DNA from: the human T2T-CHM13v2.0 reference genome, Homo sapiens
Assembly: GCF_009914755.1 (NCBI RefSeq)
Contig: NC_060925.1
Strand: one strand, 5' to 3'
DNA length: 64,000 nucleotides
This document shows positions 24,901 to 37,731 of this stretch, piece by piece. Under the pieces are notes generated by a model. It made no database searches. It saw only the letters and a program-made list of their open reading frames with translations, and was not told the origin of the DNA. The position numbers and the translations under genes were made by a program. Every line of letters begins with the position of its first letter. Within the stretch, counting starts at the first letter, position 1.

Positions 24901-27900
24901 TTCAAAACTGCTCTTTCTAAAGAAGTGTTCAACTCTGTGAGTTGAATGTACACATCACAGAGCATTTTCTGATAATGATTCTTTCAACCTTTTATGTGAA
25001 GATATTTTCTTTTCCACCATAGGCCTGAAACCGCTCCAAATATCCACTTGCAGATACTACAAATAGACTGTATCAAAACAGCTCTCTCAACAGGAATGTT
25101 CAAATCTGTCAGCTGAATGCACACATCACAAACTAGTTCCTGAGAGAGATTCTGTCTAGTGTTTCTGTGAAGATATTTCCTTTTGCAAAATAGGTTTCAA
25201 ATCACTCCAAATATCCACTTGCAGATTCTACCAAAAGACATTTTCGAAGCTTCTCTCTCAAAAGAAAGGTTCAACTCTGTGAGTTAAATGCGTACATCAC
25301 AAAGAAGTTTCTGAGAATGCTTCTGCCTAGTTTTTATGTGAAGATGTTTCCTTTTCCACCATAGGCCACAAAGCTCTCCAAATGAACACTTGCAGATAAC
25401 AGAAAAAGAGTGTTTGAAAACTGCTCTTCTAAAGAAGTGTTCAACTCTGTCAGTTGAATTCACTTATCACAAAGCAGTTTCTGAGAATGCTTCTGTCTAG
25501 TTGTTACTTGAAGATATCTCGTTTCCAAGGAAATCCTCAAAGAGCTCCAAATATCCACAAGCAGAATCTGCAAAAGTAGTGTTTCAGTACTGCTCTATGA
25601 AAAGAAATATTTTATTCTGTGAGTTGAATGCACACATCACAAAGCATTTTCTGAGAATGCTTCCGTCAAGCTTTTATGTGAAGATATTTCCTTTTCCACC
25701 ATAGGCCTGAATTCGCTCCAAATATCCACTTGCGGATCGTAAAAAGAGACTGTTTCCAAACAGCTCTTTCAACAGGAAGGTTCAACTCTGTGTGCTGAAT
25801 GCACACATCACAACCAAGTTCCTGAGAATGCTTCCTTCTAGTTTTTCTGTGAAGATATTTCCTTTTCCTTCATAGAATTCAAATCGCTCCAAATATCCAC
25901 TTGCAGATTCCACAAAAAGACTGTTTCAAAACTGCTCTCTCAAAAGGAAAGTTCAACTCTGTGAGTGGAATGCATACATCACAAATAAGTTTCTGAGAAT
26001 GCTTCTGCCTAGTTGTTATGTGAAGATGTTTCCTTTCCCAACATAGGCCTCAATGAGCTCCAAATGAACACTTGCAGGTACCAGAAAAAGAGTGTTTCAA
26101 AGCTGGTCTTTCTAAAGAAGTGTTCAACTCTCTGAGTTGAATTCACACATCTCAAATCAGTTTCTGAGAATGCTTCTGTCTATTTTTTATTTGAAGATTT
26201 TTCGTCTCCAACGAAATCCTCAAACAGCTCCAAATATCCACAAGTATATTCTACAAAAGTAGAGTTTCAGTATTGCGCTTTCAGAAGAAATGCTCAGCTC
26301 TGTGAGTTGAATGCACACATCACAAACAAGTTCCTGAGAATGCTTCTGTCTAGTTTTTCTGTGAAGATATTTCCTTTTCCAACATAGGTTTCAAATCGCT
26401 CCAAATATCCATTTGCAGATTCTACAAAAAGACTGTTTCAAAACTGCTCTCTCAAAAGGAGGTTTCAATTCTGTGAGTTGAATGCATACATCCCAAAAAA
26501 GTTTCTGAGAATGCTTCTGCCAAATTTTTATGTGAAAATGTTTCCTTTTCCACCATAGGCATCAAGGTGGTCGAAATGAACACTTGCAGATAATAGAGTG
26601 TTTCAATACTACTCTTTCTAAAGAAGTGTTCAACTCTCTGAGTTGAATTCACACATCACAAAGCAGTTTCTGAGAATGCTTCTGTCTAGTTTTTATTTGA
26701 AGTTATCTCGTTTCCAACGAAATCCTCAAACAGCTCCAAATATTCACAAGCAGATTCTACAAAAGTAGTGTTTCAGTACTGCTCTATCAAAAGAAATGTT
26801 CAACTCTGTGAGTTGAATGCACACTTCACAAAGCATTTTCCGAGAGTTCTTCTGTCAAGGTTTTATGCGAAGATATTTCCTTTTCCAACATAGGCATGAT
26901 ATCACTCCAAATATCCACTTGCAGATCCTACTAGGAGACCATTTCAAAACAGCTCTCTCAACAGGAAGATTCACCTCTGTGAGCTGAAGGCACACATCAC
27001 AAACTAATTCCTGAGAATGCTTCTGTCTAGTTTTTCTGTGAAGATATTTCCTTTTCCAACATTGGCTTCAAAGTACTACAAATATCCACCTGCAGGTTCT
27101 ACAAAAAGAGTGTTTCAAAACTGCTCTCTCAAAAGGAAAGCTCAACTCTGTGAGTTGAATGCGTACATCACAAAGAAGCTTCTGAGAATGCTTCTCCCTA
27201 GTTTTTATGTAAAGATGTTTCCTTTTCCACCTTAGGCTTCAAAGCACTCCAAATGAACACTTTCAGGTACTAGAAAAAGAGTGTTTCAAAACTGCTCTTT
27301 CTAAAGAAGTGTTGAACTCTCTGAGATGAATTCACACATCACAAAGCAGTTTCTGAGAATGCTTCTGTCTAGTTGTTATTTGAAGATATCTCGTTTCCAA
27401 CGAAATCCTCAAACAGCTCCAAATATCCACAAGCAGATTCTGCAAAAGTAGTGTTTCAGTACTGCTCTATGAAAAGAAATATTTTATTCTGTGAGTTGAA
27501 TGCACACATCACATAGCAGTTTCTGAGAATGCTTCTGTCAAGCTTTTATGTGAAGATATTTCCTTTGCAACATAGGCTTCAAATTGTTCCAAATATCCAC
27601 TTGCAGATCCTACAAAAAGACTGTTTCAAAACTGCTCTCTCAAAAGGAATTTTCAACTCTGTGAGTTGAATGCATACATCACAAAGAGGTTTCAGAGAAT
27701 GCTTTTGCCTAGTTTTTATGAGAAGATGTTTCCTTTACCACCGTAGGCCTCAAAACGGTCCATATGAACAATTGCAGATTTTTAAAAAAGAGTGTTTCTT
27801 AACTACTCTTTCTAAAGAAGTAGTCAACTCTCTGAGTTGAATTCACACATCACAAAGCAGTTTCTGATAATGCTTCTGTCTAGTTTTTATGTGAAGATAT

Positions 27901-30285
27901 TTCCTTTTCCACCTTATGCCTCAAGGCACTCAAAATGAACACTAGAAGATTGTAGAAAAAGAGTGTTTCAAAACTGCTCTTTAAAAAGTAACGTTCAAAT
28001 CTGTGAGTTGAATGCACACATCACAAAGCAGTTTCTGAGAATGCTTCTGTCAAATTTTCATGTGAAGATATTTTTGTTTCCACCATAGGCCTGAATTTGC
28101 TCCAAGTATCCACTTGCAGATCCTACAAAGAGACTGTTTCAAAACAGCTCTATGAAAAGGAAGGTTCAACCCTTTGAGTTGAATGCACACATTACCAAGC
28201 AGTTTCTGAGAATGCTTCTGTCGAATTTTTATGTGAAGATATTCCATTTCTAATGAAGGCCTCAAAGAACTCCAAATATTTACAAGCAGATACCGCAATG
28301 GGAGTGTTTCCAAGCTGCTCTATCAAAAGAAATGTTCAACTCTCTGAGTTGAATGCACACATCACTAAGCAGTTTCTGAGAACTCTTCTGACTAGTGTTT
28401 ATGTGAAGATATACCGTTTTCCACCAAAGGCCTCAAATCCTCTTAAATATCCACTTAAAGATTCCTCAAGAAGACTGTTTCAAAACTGCTCTGTCAAAAG
28501 GAAGATTCAACTCTGTGAGTTTTAGGCACACATCACCAAGAAGTTTCTGAGGATGCTTCTGTCTAATTTTTATTTGAAGATATTCCCTTTTCCACTATAT
28601 GCCTCAAAGCTCTCCAAATGAACACTAGAAGATTCTAGAAAAAGAGAGTTTCATAACTGCTCTTAAAAAAGAAATGTTCAACTCAGTGTGTTGAATGTGC
28701 ACATCACAAAGCAGTTTCTGAGAATGCTTCTGTCTGGTTTTTTGTGAAGATATCCAGTTTCCTACGAAGGCCTCAAAGACCTCCAAATATCCACAAGCAT
28801 ATTCTATAATAGGAGTGTTTCAAAACTGCTCTATCAAAAGAAAGGTTCAACTCTGTGAGTTGAATGGACACATCGCAAAGAAGTTTCTGAGAATGCTTCT
28901 GTCCAGTTTTTATGTGACGATATATCCTTTTCCACTATAGGCCTGATATCACTCCAAATTTCCACTTCTAGATCCTACAAAAAGACTGTTTCAAAACTGC
29001 TCTGTCAAAAGCAACGTTCAACTCTTTGAGTTTTAGAGACACATCAGAAAGAAGTTCCTGAGAATGCTTCTGTTTAGTTTTTATGTAAAAATATTTCCTT
29101 TTCCACCTTAGGCCTCTAAGTGCACTAACTGAACACTTGCAGCATATACAAAAAGAGTGTTTCAAAACTGCTTCATCAAAAGAAAAGTTCAACTCTGTGA
29201 GTTGAATGCACTCATCACAAAGCAGTTTCTGAGAATGCTTCTGACTAGTTTTTATCTGAAGTTATTCCCGTATCCAACGAAGTCCTCAAATATCTCCAAA
29301 TATCCACTAGCAGATTCTACAAAAGGAGTGTTTCAGAACTGCTCTATCAAAACGAAGATTCAACTCTGTGAGTTGAATGCGCACATCACAAAGAGGTTTC
29401 TGAGAAAGCTTAGGTCTAGTTTTTATGTGAAGATATTTCCTTTACCACCATAGGCCTGAAAGCCCTCCAAATGAACAGTTGCAGATTCTAGAAAAGGAGT
29501 GTTTCTAAACTGCTCCATCAAGCGAAATGTTCAACACTGTGAGTTGAATGCACACATCACAAAGTAGTTTCAGAGAATGCTTCTGTCCAGCTTTTATGTG
29601 AAGATATTTCCTTTTCCAACATAGGCCTCAAATCTCTCCAAATATCCACTTGCACATCCTACAAAGAGACTGTTTCAAAACAATTCTATGAACAGGAGGG
29701 TTCTACATTGTGAACTGAATGCACACATCATAAAGTAGTTTCTGAGAATGCTTCTGTCTAGTTTTTATGTGAAGTTATTTCCTTTTCCACCATAGGCCTC
29801 AAAGCTGTCCAAATGCAGATTCTAGAAAAAGAGTTTCTAAACTGCCCCATGAAAAGAAGTGTTCAACACTGTGAGTTGAATGCATACATCACAAAGCAGT
29901 TTCTAAGAATGCTTCTGTCTAGTTTTTATGTGAAGATGTTTCCTTTTCCACCACAGGCTTGAAATCGCTCCAAATATCTACTTGCAGATCCTACAAAGAG
30001 ACCGTTTCAAAACAGCTCTATCAACAGGAAGGTTCCACGCTGTGAGTTGAATGCACACATCACAAAGAAGCTCCTGAGAATGCTTCTGTCTAGTTTTTCT
30101 GTGAAGATATTTCCTTTTCCAACATAGGCTTAAAATCGCTCCAAATATCCACTTGCAGGTTCCACAAAATGACTGTTTCAAAACTGCTCTCTCAAAAGGA
30201 AGGTTCAACTCTGTGAGTTGAATGCATACATCACAAAGAAGTTTCTGAGAATGCTTCTGCCTAGTTTTTATGTGAAAATGTTTCC
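15998..30285 (-). repeat. Alpha satellite array; DABC/DAC family to ~27850, then transitional monomers
   Basis: 171-bp periodicity in the original orientation. The A-class monomer (agtagtgtttcagtactg) is last seen at ~27450-27470, after which monomers resemble the right-hand layer. Confidence 0.97.
29266..29282 (-). promoter_or_regulatory. CENP-B box (core intact)
   Basis: Reverse complement CTTCGTTGGATACGGGA fits NTTCGNNNNANNCGGGN. Confidence 0.8.
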
Positions 30286-30559
30286 AAAGTGGCCATTCAA
30301 CCCACGGGGTTGAACTTTTCTTTTGATAGAGCAGTTTTGAAACACTCCTTTTGTAGAACCTGCTTGTTGATATTTGGAGCTCTTTGAGGAGTTCATTGGA
30401 ATCGGCATATCTTCACAGAAAAACTTGACAGAAGCATTCTCAGAAACTTTTTGTGATGTGTGCATTCAACTCAAAGTGTTGAACATTGCTTTTGATAGAG
30501 CAGTTTTGAAACACTCCTTTTTTAGGATCTGCTAATGGATATTTAGATATTTTTGAGGC

Positions 30560-30576
30560 CTTCGTTGGAAACGGGA
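30560..30576 (+). promoter_or_regulatory. CENP-B box (canonical)
   Basis: CTTCGTTGGAAACGGGA. Confidence 0.9.
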
Positions 30577-32774
30577 ATATCTTCAGATAAAAGCTAGTGA
30601 GAAGCGTTCTCAGAAACTGCTTTGTGATGAGTGCATTAAACTCACAGAGTTGAACCTTTCTTTTGATGGAGCAGTTTTGAAACACTCTTTTTGCAGAAGC
30701 AGCAAGTGCACATTTGTTTCGCCTTGAGGTCTGTGGTGTAAAAGGAAATATCTTCATATAAAAACTAGACAGAAGCATCTCAGAAACTTCTTTGTGATGT
30801 GTGCCATCAACTCACAAAGTTGAACCTCCTTTTGACAGAGCAGTTTTGAAACAGTCTTCTTTTAGAATCTGCAAGTGGATATTTGGAATGATTTGAGACC
30901 TATGGTGGAAAAGGGAATATCTTCACAGAAAAACTAGACAGAAGCATTCTCTAGAACATCTTTGTGATGTGTGCATTCAACTCACAGATTTGGACGTCCT
31001 TTTGAGAGAGCTGTTTTGAAACAGTCTTTCTGTAGGATCTCCAAGTGAATATTTGGAGCGATTTCAGGCCTATGGTGGAAAAGGAAATATCATCACATAA
31101 AAACTTGACAGAAGCTTTCTCAGAATCTGCTTTGTGATGTGTGCATTCAACTCACAGAGTTGAACATTTCTTTTGACAGAGCAGTTTTGAAGCCCTCTTT
31201 TTCTAGAATCTGCAAGTGTTCTTTTGGAACACTTTGGGGCCTATGGTGGAAAAGGAAATATCTTCACATAAAAACTAGACAGAAGCATTCTCAGAAACTT
31301 CTATGTGATGTGGGCCTAAATCTCACAGAGTTGAACCTTACTTTTGACAGAGCATTTTTGAAACTGTCTTCTTGTAGAATCTGCAAGTGGATATTTGGAA
31401 CGATTTGGGGCTTATGGTGGAAAAGGAAATATCTTCATGTAAAAACTAGTAAGAAGCATTCTCAGAAACTTCGCTGTGATGTGTGCATTCAACTCACAGA
31501 GTTGAACCTTTCTTTTGATAGAGCAGTTTTGAAACACTCCTATTGTGAAGTCTGCTCGTTCATATTTGGAGCTCTTTGAGGCCTTCTTTGGAAACCGGAT
31601 ATCTTCCCATAAAAACTAGACAGAAGTATTCTCAGAAAATGCTTCATGATGTGTGTGTTGAACTCACAGAGTTGAATCTTTCTTTTTATAGAGCAGTTTG
31701 AAACACTCTTTTTGTAGAATCTGCAAGTATTCATTTGGAGCGCTTTGAGGCCTATGGTGGCAAAGGAAATATCTTCACATAAAAACTATACAGAAGCATT
31801 CTCAGAAACTTCTATGTGCTCCGTCCATTAAACTCGCAGAGTTGAACTTTTCTTTTGATAGAGCAGTTTTGAAACTCTCCTTTTGTAGAATCTACTTGTG
31901 GATATTTGGAGCTATTTGAGGCCTTTGTTGGAAAGGGGATATCTGCACATAAAAACCAGACAGAAGCATTCTCAGAAATTTCTTTGTGTTGTATGCATTC
32001 AACTTAAGGAGTTGAACCTCCCTTTAGAAAGAACAGTTTTGAAACAGTCTTTTTGTAGGATCTGGAAGTGGAAATTTGGAGTGACTTGAGGCCTATGATT
32101 GAAAAGGTAATATCTTCACGTTAAAACTTGACAGAAACATTCTCAGAAATTTCTTTGTGATGTATACATTCAACTCACATGGTTGAAACTTTCTTTTGAT
32201 AGAGCAGTTTTGAAACATCCTTTTTGTAGAATCTGCAAGTGTTCATTTGGAGCCCTTTGAGGCCTATGGTGGAAAAGGAAATATCTTCACATAAAAACTA
32301 GACATAAGATTTGTCAGAAACTTCTTTGTGATATGTGCATTCAACTCACAGAGTTGAACCTTCTTTTGAAAGAGCAGTTTAGAAACAGACTTTTTGTAGG
32401 ATCTCCTAGTGGATATTTGGAGAGATTTGAGGCCTATGGTGGTAAAGGAAATATCTTCACATAAAAACTTGACAGAATGATTCTCAGATACCTCTTTGTG
32501 CTCTGTGCATTCAACTCACAGAGTTGAACTTTTCTTTTGATAGAGCAGTTTTGAAACAGTCTTCTTGTAGAATCTGTAAGTGGATATTTTGAACGATTTG
32601 AGGCCTATGGTTGAAACGGGATATTTTCACATAAAAACTAGACAGAAGCATTCTCAGAAACTGCTTTGTGATGTGTGCATTCAACTAACAGTGTTGAACC
32701 TCTTTTTTGATAGAGCAGTTTTGAAACTTTTCTTTCGTAGGATCTGCTGGTGGATATTTGGATATTTTTGAGGA

Positions 32775-32791
32775 CTTCGATGGAAACGGGA
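32775..32791 (+). promoter_or_regulatory. CENP-B box (core intact)
   Basis: CTTCGATGGAAACGGGA. Confidence 0.8.
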
Positions 32792-34308
32792 ATATGTTAA
32801 CATAAAAACTAGACAGAAGCATTCTCAGAAGCTGCTTTGTGATGTGTGCATTAAACTCACAGAGTTGAACCTTTCTTTTGATAGGGCAGTTTTGAAACAG
32901 TCTTTTTGCAGAATGTGCAATTGGATATTTGGAGCAATTTGAGGTCTATTGTGTAAAAGGAAATATCATCACATAAAAACTTGACAGAAGCATTCTCAGA
33001 AATTACTTTATGATGTATGCATTCAAATGACAGTGTTGAACTTTTCTTTCTATAGAGCAGTTCTGAAACACTCCTTTTGTAGAATCTGCTTGTGGATTTT
33101 TGAAGGTATTTGTGGTCTTCATTTGAAACTTTATATCTTCAAATAAAACCTAGACAGAATCATTCTCAGAAACTGCTTTGTAATGTGTGCATTGAAGTCA
33201 CAGAATTGAACCTTCTTTTTGATTGAACTGTTATGAAACAGTCTTTTTGTAGGATCTCGAAGTGGAAATTTGGAGCGATTTGAAGCCTATGGTGGAAAAG
33301 GATATATCTTCACATAAAAACTTGACAGAAACATTCTCAGAAATTTCCTTATGATGTGTGCATTCAATTCACAGCGTTAAACCTTTCTTTTGATAGATCA
33401 GTTTTGAAACACTCTTTCGTAGAATCTGCTTGTGGATATTTGGAGCTCTTTGAGGCCTTCATTGGAAACAGGATATGTTCAAATAAAATCTAGACAGAAG
33501 CGTTCTTAGAAACTGCTTTGTGATGTGTGCATTCAACTCACGGAATTGAACCTTTCTTTTGATAGAGCAGTTTAGAAACACTCTTTTTGTAGAATCTGCA
33601 AGTGTTCATTTGGAGTGCTTTGACGCCTATGGTGGAAAAGGAAATATCTTCACATAAAAACTAGACAGAAGCATTCTCAGGAACTTCTTTGTGATGTGTG
33701 CATTCAACTAACAGAGTTGAACATTTCTTTTGATAGAGCAGTTTTGAAACACTTTTTTCTAAAATCTGCTGGTGGATATTTGAAGATTTTTGAGGCCTTC
33801 ATTGGAAGCGGGAATATATTCTCATTAAAATTAGACAGAAGCGTTCTCAGAAAATTCTCTTTGTTGTGCACATTCAACTCATCGAATTGAACCTTTCTTT
33901 TGATACAGCAGTTTAGAAACACTCTTTTTTAGGATCAGCAATTGTTCATTTGGAACGCTTTGAGGCCTACTGTGGAAAAGGAAATATCTTCACATAAAAA
34001 CTACACAGAAGCATTCTCAGAAACTCCTTTGTGATGTGTGCATTCAACTCACAGAATTGAACCTTCTTTTGGATAGAGCAGTTTTCAAACAGTCTTTTTG
34101 CAGAATCTGCAAGTGGATATTTGGAGCGATTTGAGGCCTATTGTGGAAAAGGAAATATCTTCTCATAAAAACTACACAGAAGCATTCTCAGAAACTCCTT
34201 TGTGATGTGTGCATTCAACTCACAGAGTTGAACCTTTCTTTTGATAGAGCAGTTTTGAAACACACCTTTTCTAGTATCTGCTAGTGGATATTTGGAGATT
34301 TTTGGGGA

Positions 34309-34325
34309 GTTCGTTGGAAACGGGA
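34309..34325 (+). promoter_or_regulatory. CENP-B box (core intact)
   Basis: GTTCGTTGGAAACGGGA. Confidence 0.85.
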
Positions 34326-35664
34326 ATATCATCTCATAAAAATTACACAGAAGCATTCTCAGAAAGTTATTTGTGATGTGTGCATTCAACTCATAGAGTT
34401 GAACCTTTCTTTTGATAGAGCATTTTTGAAACACCCTTTTTATAGGAAGTGCAAGTGGTCATTTGGAACGCTTTGAGGCCTATGTTGGAAAAGGAAATAT
34501 CTTCCCATAAAAACTACACAGAAGCATTCTCAGAAACTCCTTTGCATTCAACTCACAGAATTGAACCTTCCTTTTGATAGAGCAGTTTTCAAACAGTGTT
34601 TTTGAGGAACCTGAAGTGGATATTTGGAGCGATTTGAGGCCTATTGTGGAAAAGGAAATATCTTCTCATAAATACTAGACAGAAGCATGCTCAGCAACTT
34701 CTTTGTGATGTGTACATTCAACTCACAGAGTTGAACCTTTCTTTTGATAAAGCAGTTTTGAAACACTCCTTTTCTAGAATCTGCTTGTGGATATTTGGAG
34801 ATTTTTGAAGTCTTCATTGGAAACGGGAATATCATCTCATAAAAAGTAGATGGAAGCATTCTCAGAAAGTTCTTTGTGATGTATGCATTCAACTCATGGA
34901 GTTGAACCTTTCTTTTGATAGAGCACTTTAGAAACACACTTTTTGTAGGATCTGCAAGTGTTCATTTGGAGCGTTTTGAGGCTTATGGTGGAAGAGGAAA
35001 TATCTTCACATAAAAACTACACAGAAGCATTCTCAGAAACTTATTTGTGATGTGTGCATTCAACATACAGAGTTGAAATTTCCTTTTGATAGAGCAGTTT
35101 TCAAACAGTCTTTTTCGGAATCTGCAAATGGATATTTGGAGAGATTTAAGGCCTATTGTGGAAAAGGAAATATCTTCTCATAAAAACTAGACAGAAGCAT
35201 TCTCAGGAACTTTTTTGTGATGTGTGCATTCAACTCACAGAGTTGAACCTTTCTTTTGATAGAGCAGTTTTGAAACACTCCTTTTGTGGAATCTGCTTGT
35301 GGATATTTTGAGCTCTTTGAGACTCTTGTTGGAAACGGGATATCTGCAGATAAAAACTAGACAGAAGCATTCCCAGAAACTTCTTTGTGGTGTGTGCATT
35401 CAACTCAAAGAGTTGAACCTTCCTTTTGAAAGAACAGTTTTTAAATGGTCTTTTTGTAAGATCTTGAAGTGGAAATTTGGAGCGATTAGAGGCCTAAGGT
35501 GGAAAAGGTAATACCTTCCCATAAAAGCTTGACAGAAGCATTCTCAGAAACTTCTTTGTAGTATGTGCATTCATGTCACAGCGTTGAACCTTTCTTTTGA
35601 TAGAGCAGTTTTGAAACACTCCTTTTATAGGATCTGCTTGAGGATATTTGGAGCTCTTTGAGGC

Positions 35665-35681
35665 GTTCGTTGGAAACGGGA
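35665..35681 (+). promoter_or_regulatory. CENP-B box (core intact)
   Basis: GTTCGTTGGAAACGGGA. Confidence 0.85.
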
Positions 35682-37714
35682 TATCTTCAAGTAAAAACTA
35701 GACAGAAGCATTCTCTGAAACTGCATTTTGATGTGTGCATTCAATTCACAGAGTTGAACCTTTCTTTTGATAGAGCAGTTTTGAAACAGTTTTTTTGTAG
35801 AGTCTGCAATTGTTCCTTTGGAGCTGTTTGAGGCCTACGGTGGAATAGGAAATATCTTCACATAAAAACCAGGCAGAAGCATGCTCAGGAACTTCTTTGT
35901 GATGTGTGCATTCAATTAACAGAGTTGAACATTTCTTTTGATAGAGCAGTTTTGAAACATTCCTTTTCTAGAATCTGCTAGTGGATATTTTTAGATTTTT
36001 GGGGCCTTCTTTGGAAACAGGAATATCATCTCATAAAAAGTAGACAGAAGGATTCTCAGAAAGTTCTTTGTGATGTGTACACTCAACTCAGAGAGTTGAA
36101 ACTTTCTTTTGATAGAGCAGTTTTGAAACACTTTTTTGTAGTATCTGGAAGTGTTCATTTGGAGCGCTTTGAGGCCTATGGCGGAAAAGGAAATATCTCC
36201 ACATAAAAACTACACAGAAGCATTCTCAGAAACTCCTTTTGTGATGTCTTCATACAACTCACAGAGATGAACCTTCGTTTTGATAGAGCAGTTCTCAAAC
36301 AGTCTTTTTGCAGAATCTGCAAGTGGATACTTTGAGCGATTTGAAGCCTATTGTGGAAAAGGAAATATCCTCATGTAAAAAGTAGACAGAAGCTTTCTCA
36401 GGAACTTCTTTGTGATGTGTGCATTCAACTCACATGTTTGAACCTTGCTTTTGATAGAGTAGTTTTGAAACAGTCTTTTTGTAGCATCCGGAAGTGAAAA
36501 TATGGAACGATTTGAGGCCTATGGTGGAAAAGGAAATATCTTCACATAAAAACTTGACAGAAGCATTCTCAGAAACTACTTTGTGATGGGTGCATTCAAG
36601 GCACAAAGTTGAACTTTCCTCTTGAGAGAGCACTTTTGAAACAGTCTTTATGTAGAATCTGCAAGTGGATATTTTTAGTGCCTTGAGGCCTAAGGTGGAA
36701 AAGAAATGTCTTCACATAAAAACTAGAGATAAGCATTCTCAGAAACTTCTTTATGATGTGTGCATTCAACTCATGGAGTTGAATCTTTCTTTTGATAGAG
36801 CAGTTTTGAAACACTCCTTTTGTAGAATCTGCTTGTGGATATTTGGAGATCTTTGAGGCCTTTGTTGGAAACGGGATATCTTCAAATAAAAACTAGACAG
36901 AAGCATTCTCAGAAACTGCTTTTTGATGTGTGCACTCAACTCACAGAGTTGAACCTTCATTTTGATAGAGCAGTTTTTAAACCCTTTTTTTTTTTAGAAC
37001 CTGCAAGTGTTCATTTGGAGAGCTTTGTAGCCTGTGGTGGAAAAGGAAATAGCTTCACATAAAACCTACACAGAAACATTCTCAGGAAATTCTTTGTGAT
37101 GTGTGCATTTATCTAAAAGAGTTGAACATTTCTTTTGAAAGAGCAGTTATGATACACTCCTTTTCTAGAATCAGCTAGTGGATATTGGGAGACTTTTGAG
37201 GCCTTCATTGGAAACGGCAATATCATCTCATAAAAAGTAGACAGAAGCATTTTCAGAAAGTTCTTTGTGATGTGTGCATGCAACTCATAGTGTTGAACCT
37301 TTCTTTTGATACAGCAGCTTGAAACACTCTTTTTGTAGGATCTGCAAGTGTTCATTTGGAGCGCTTTGAGGCCTATGGTGGAAAAAGAAATATCTTCACA
37401 TAAAAACTACACAGCAGCATTCTCAGAAATTCGTTTGTAATGTGGGCATTCAACTCACAGAGTTGAAGCTTCCTTTTGATAGAGCAGTTTTCAAACAGTC
37501 TTTTTGCAGGATCTGCAAGTGAATATTTGGAGCGATTTGAGACCTATTGTGGAAAAGGAAATATCTTCACATAAAAACTAGACAGAAGCATTCTCAGGAA
37601 CTTCTTTTTAATATGTGTTTTAAACTCAGTGCCTTGAACCTTTCTTTTGATAGAGGAGTTTTAAAACACTCCTTTTGTAGAATCTGCTTGTGGATATTTG
37701 GAGCTCTTTGAGGC

Positions 37715-37731
37715 CTTCGTTGGAAACGGGA
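37715..37731 (+). promoter_or_regulatory. CENP-B box (canonical)
   Basis: CTTCGTTGGAAACGGGA. Confidence 0.9.
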
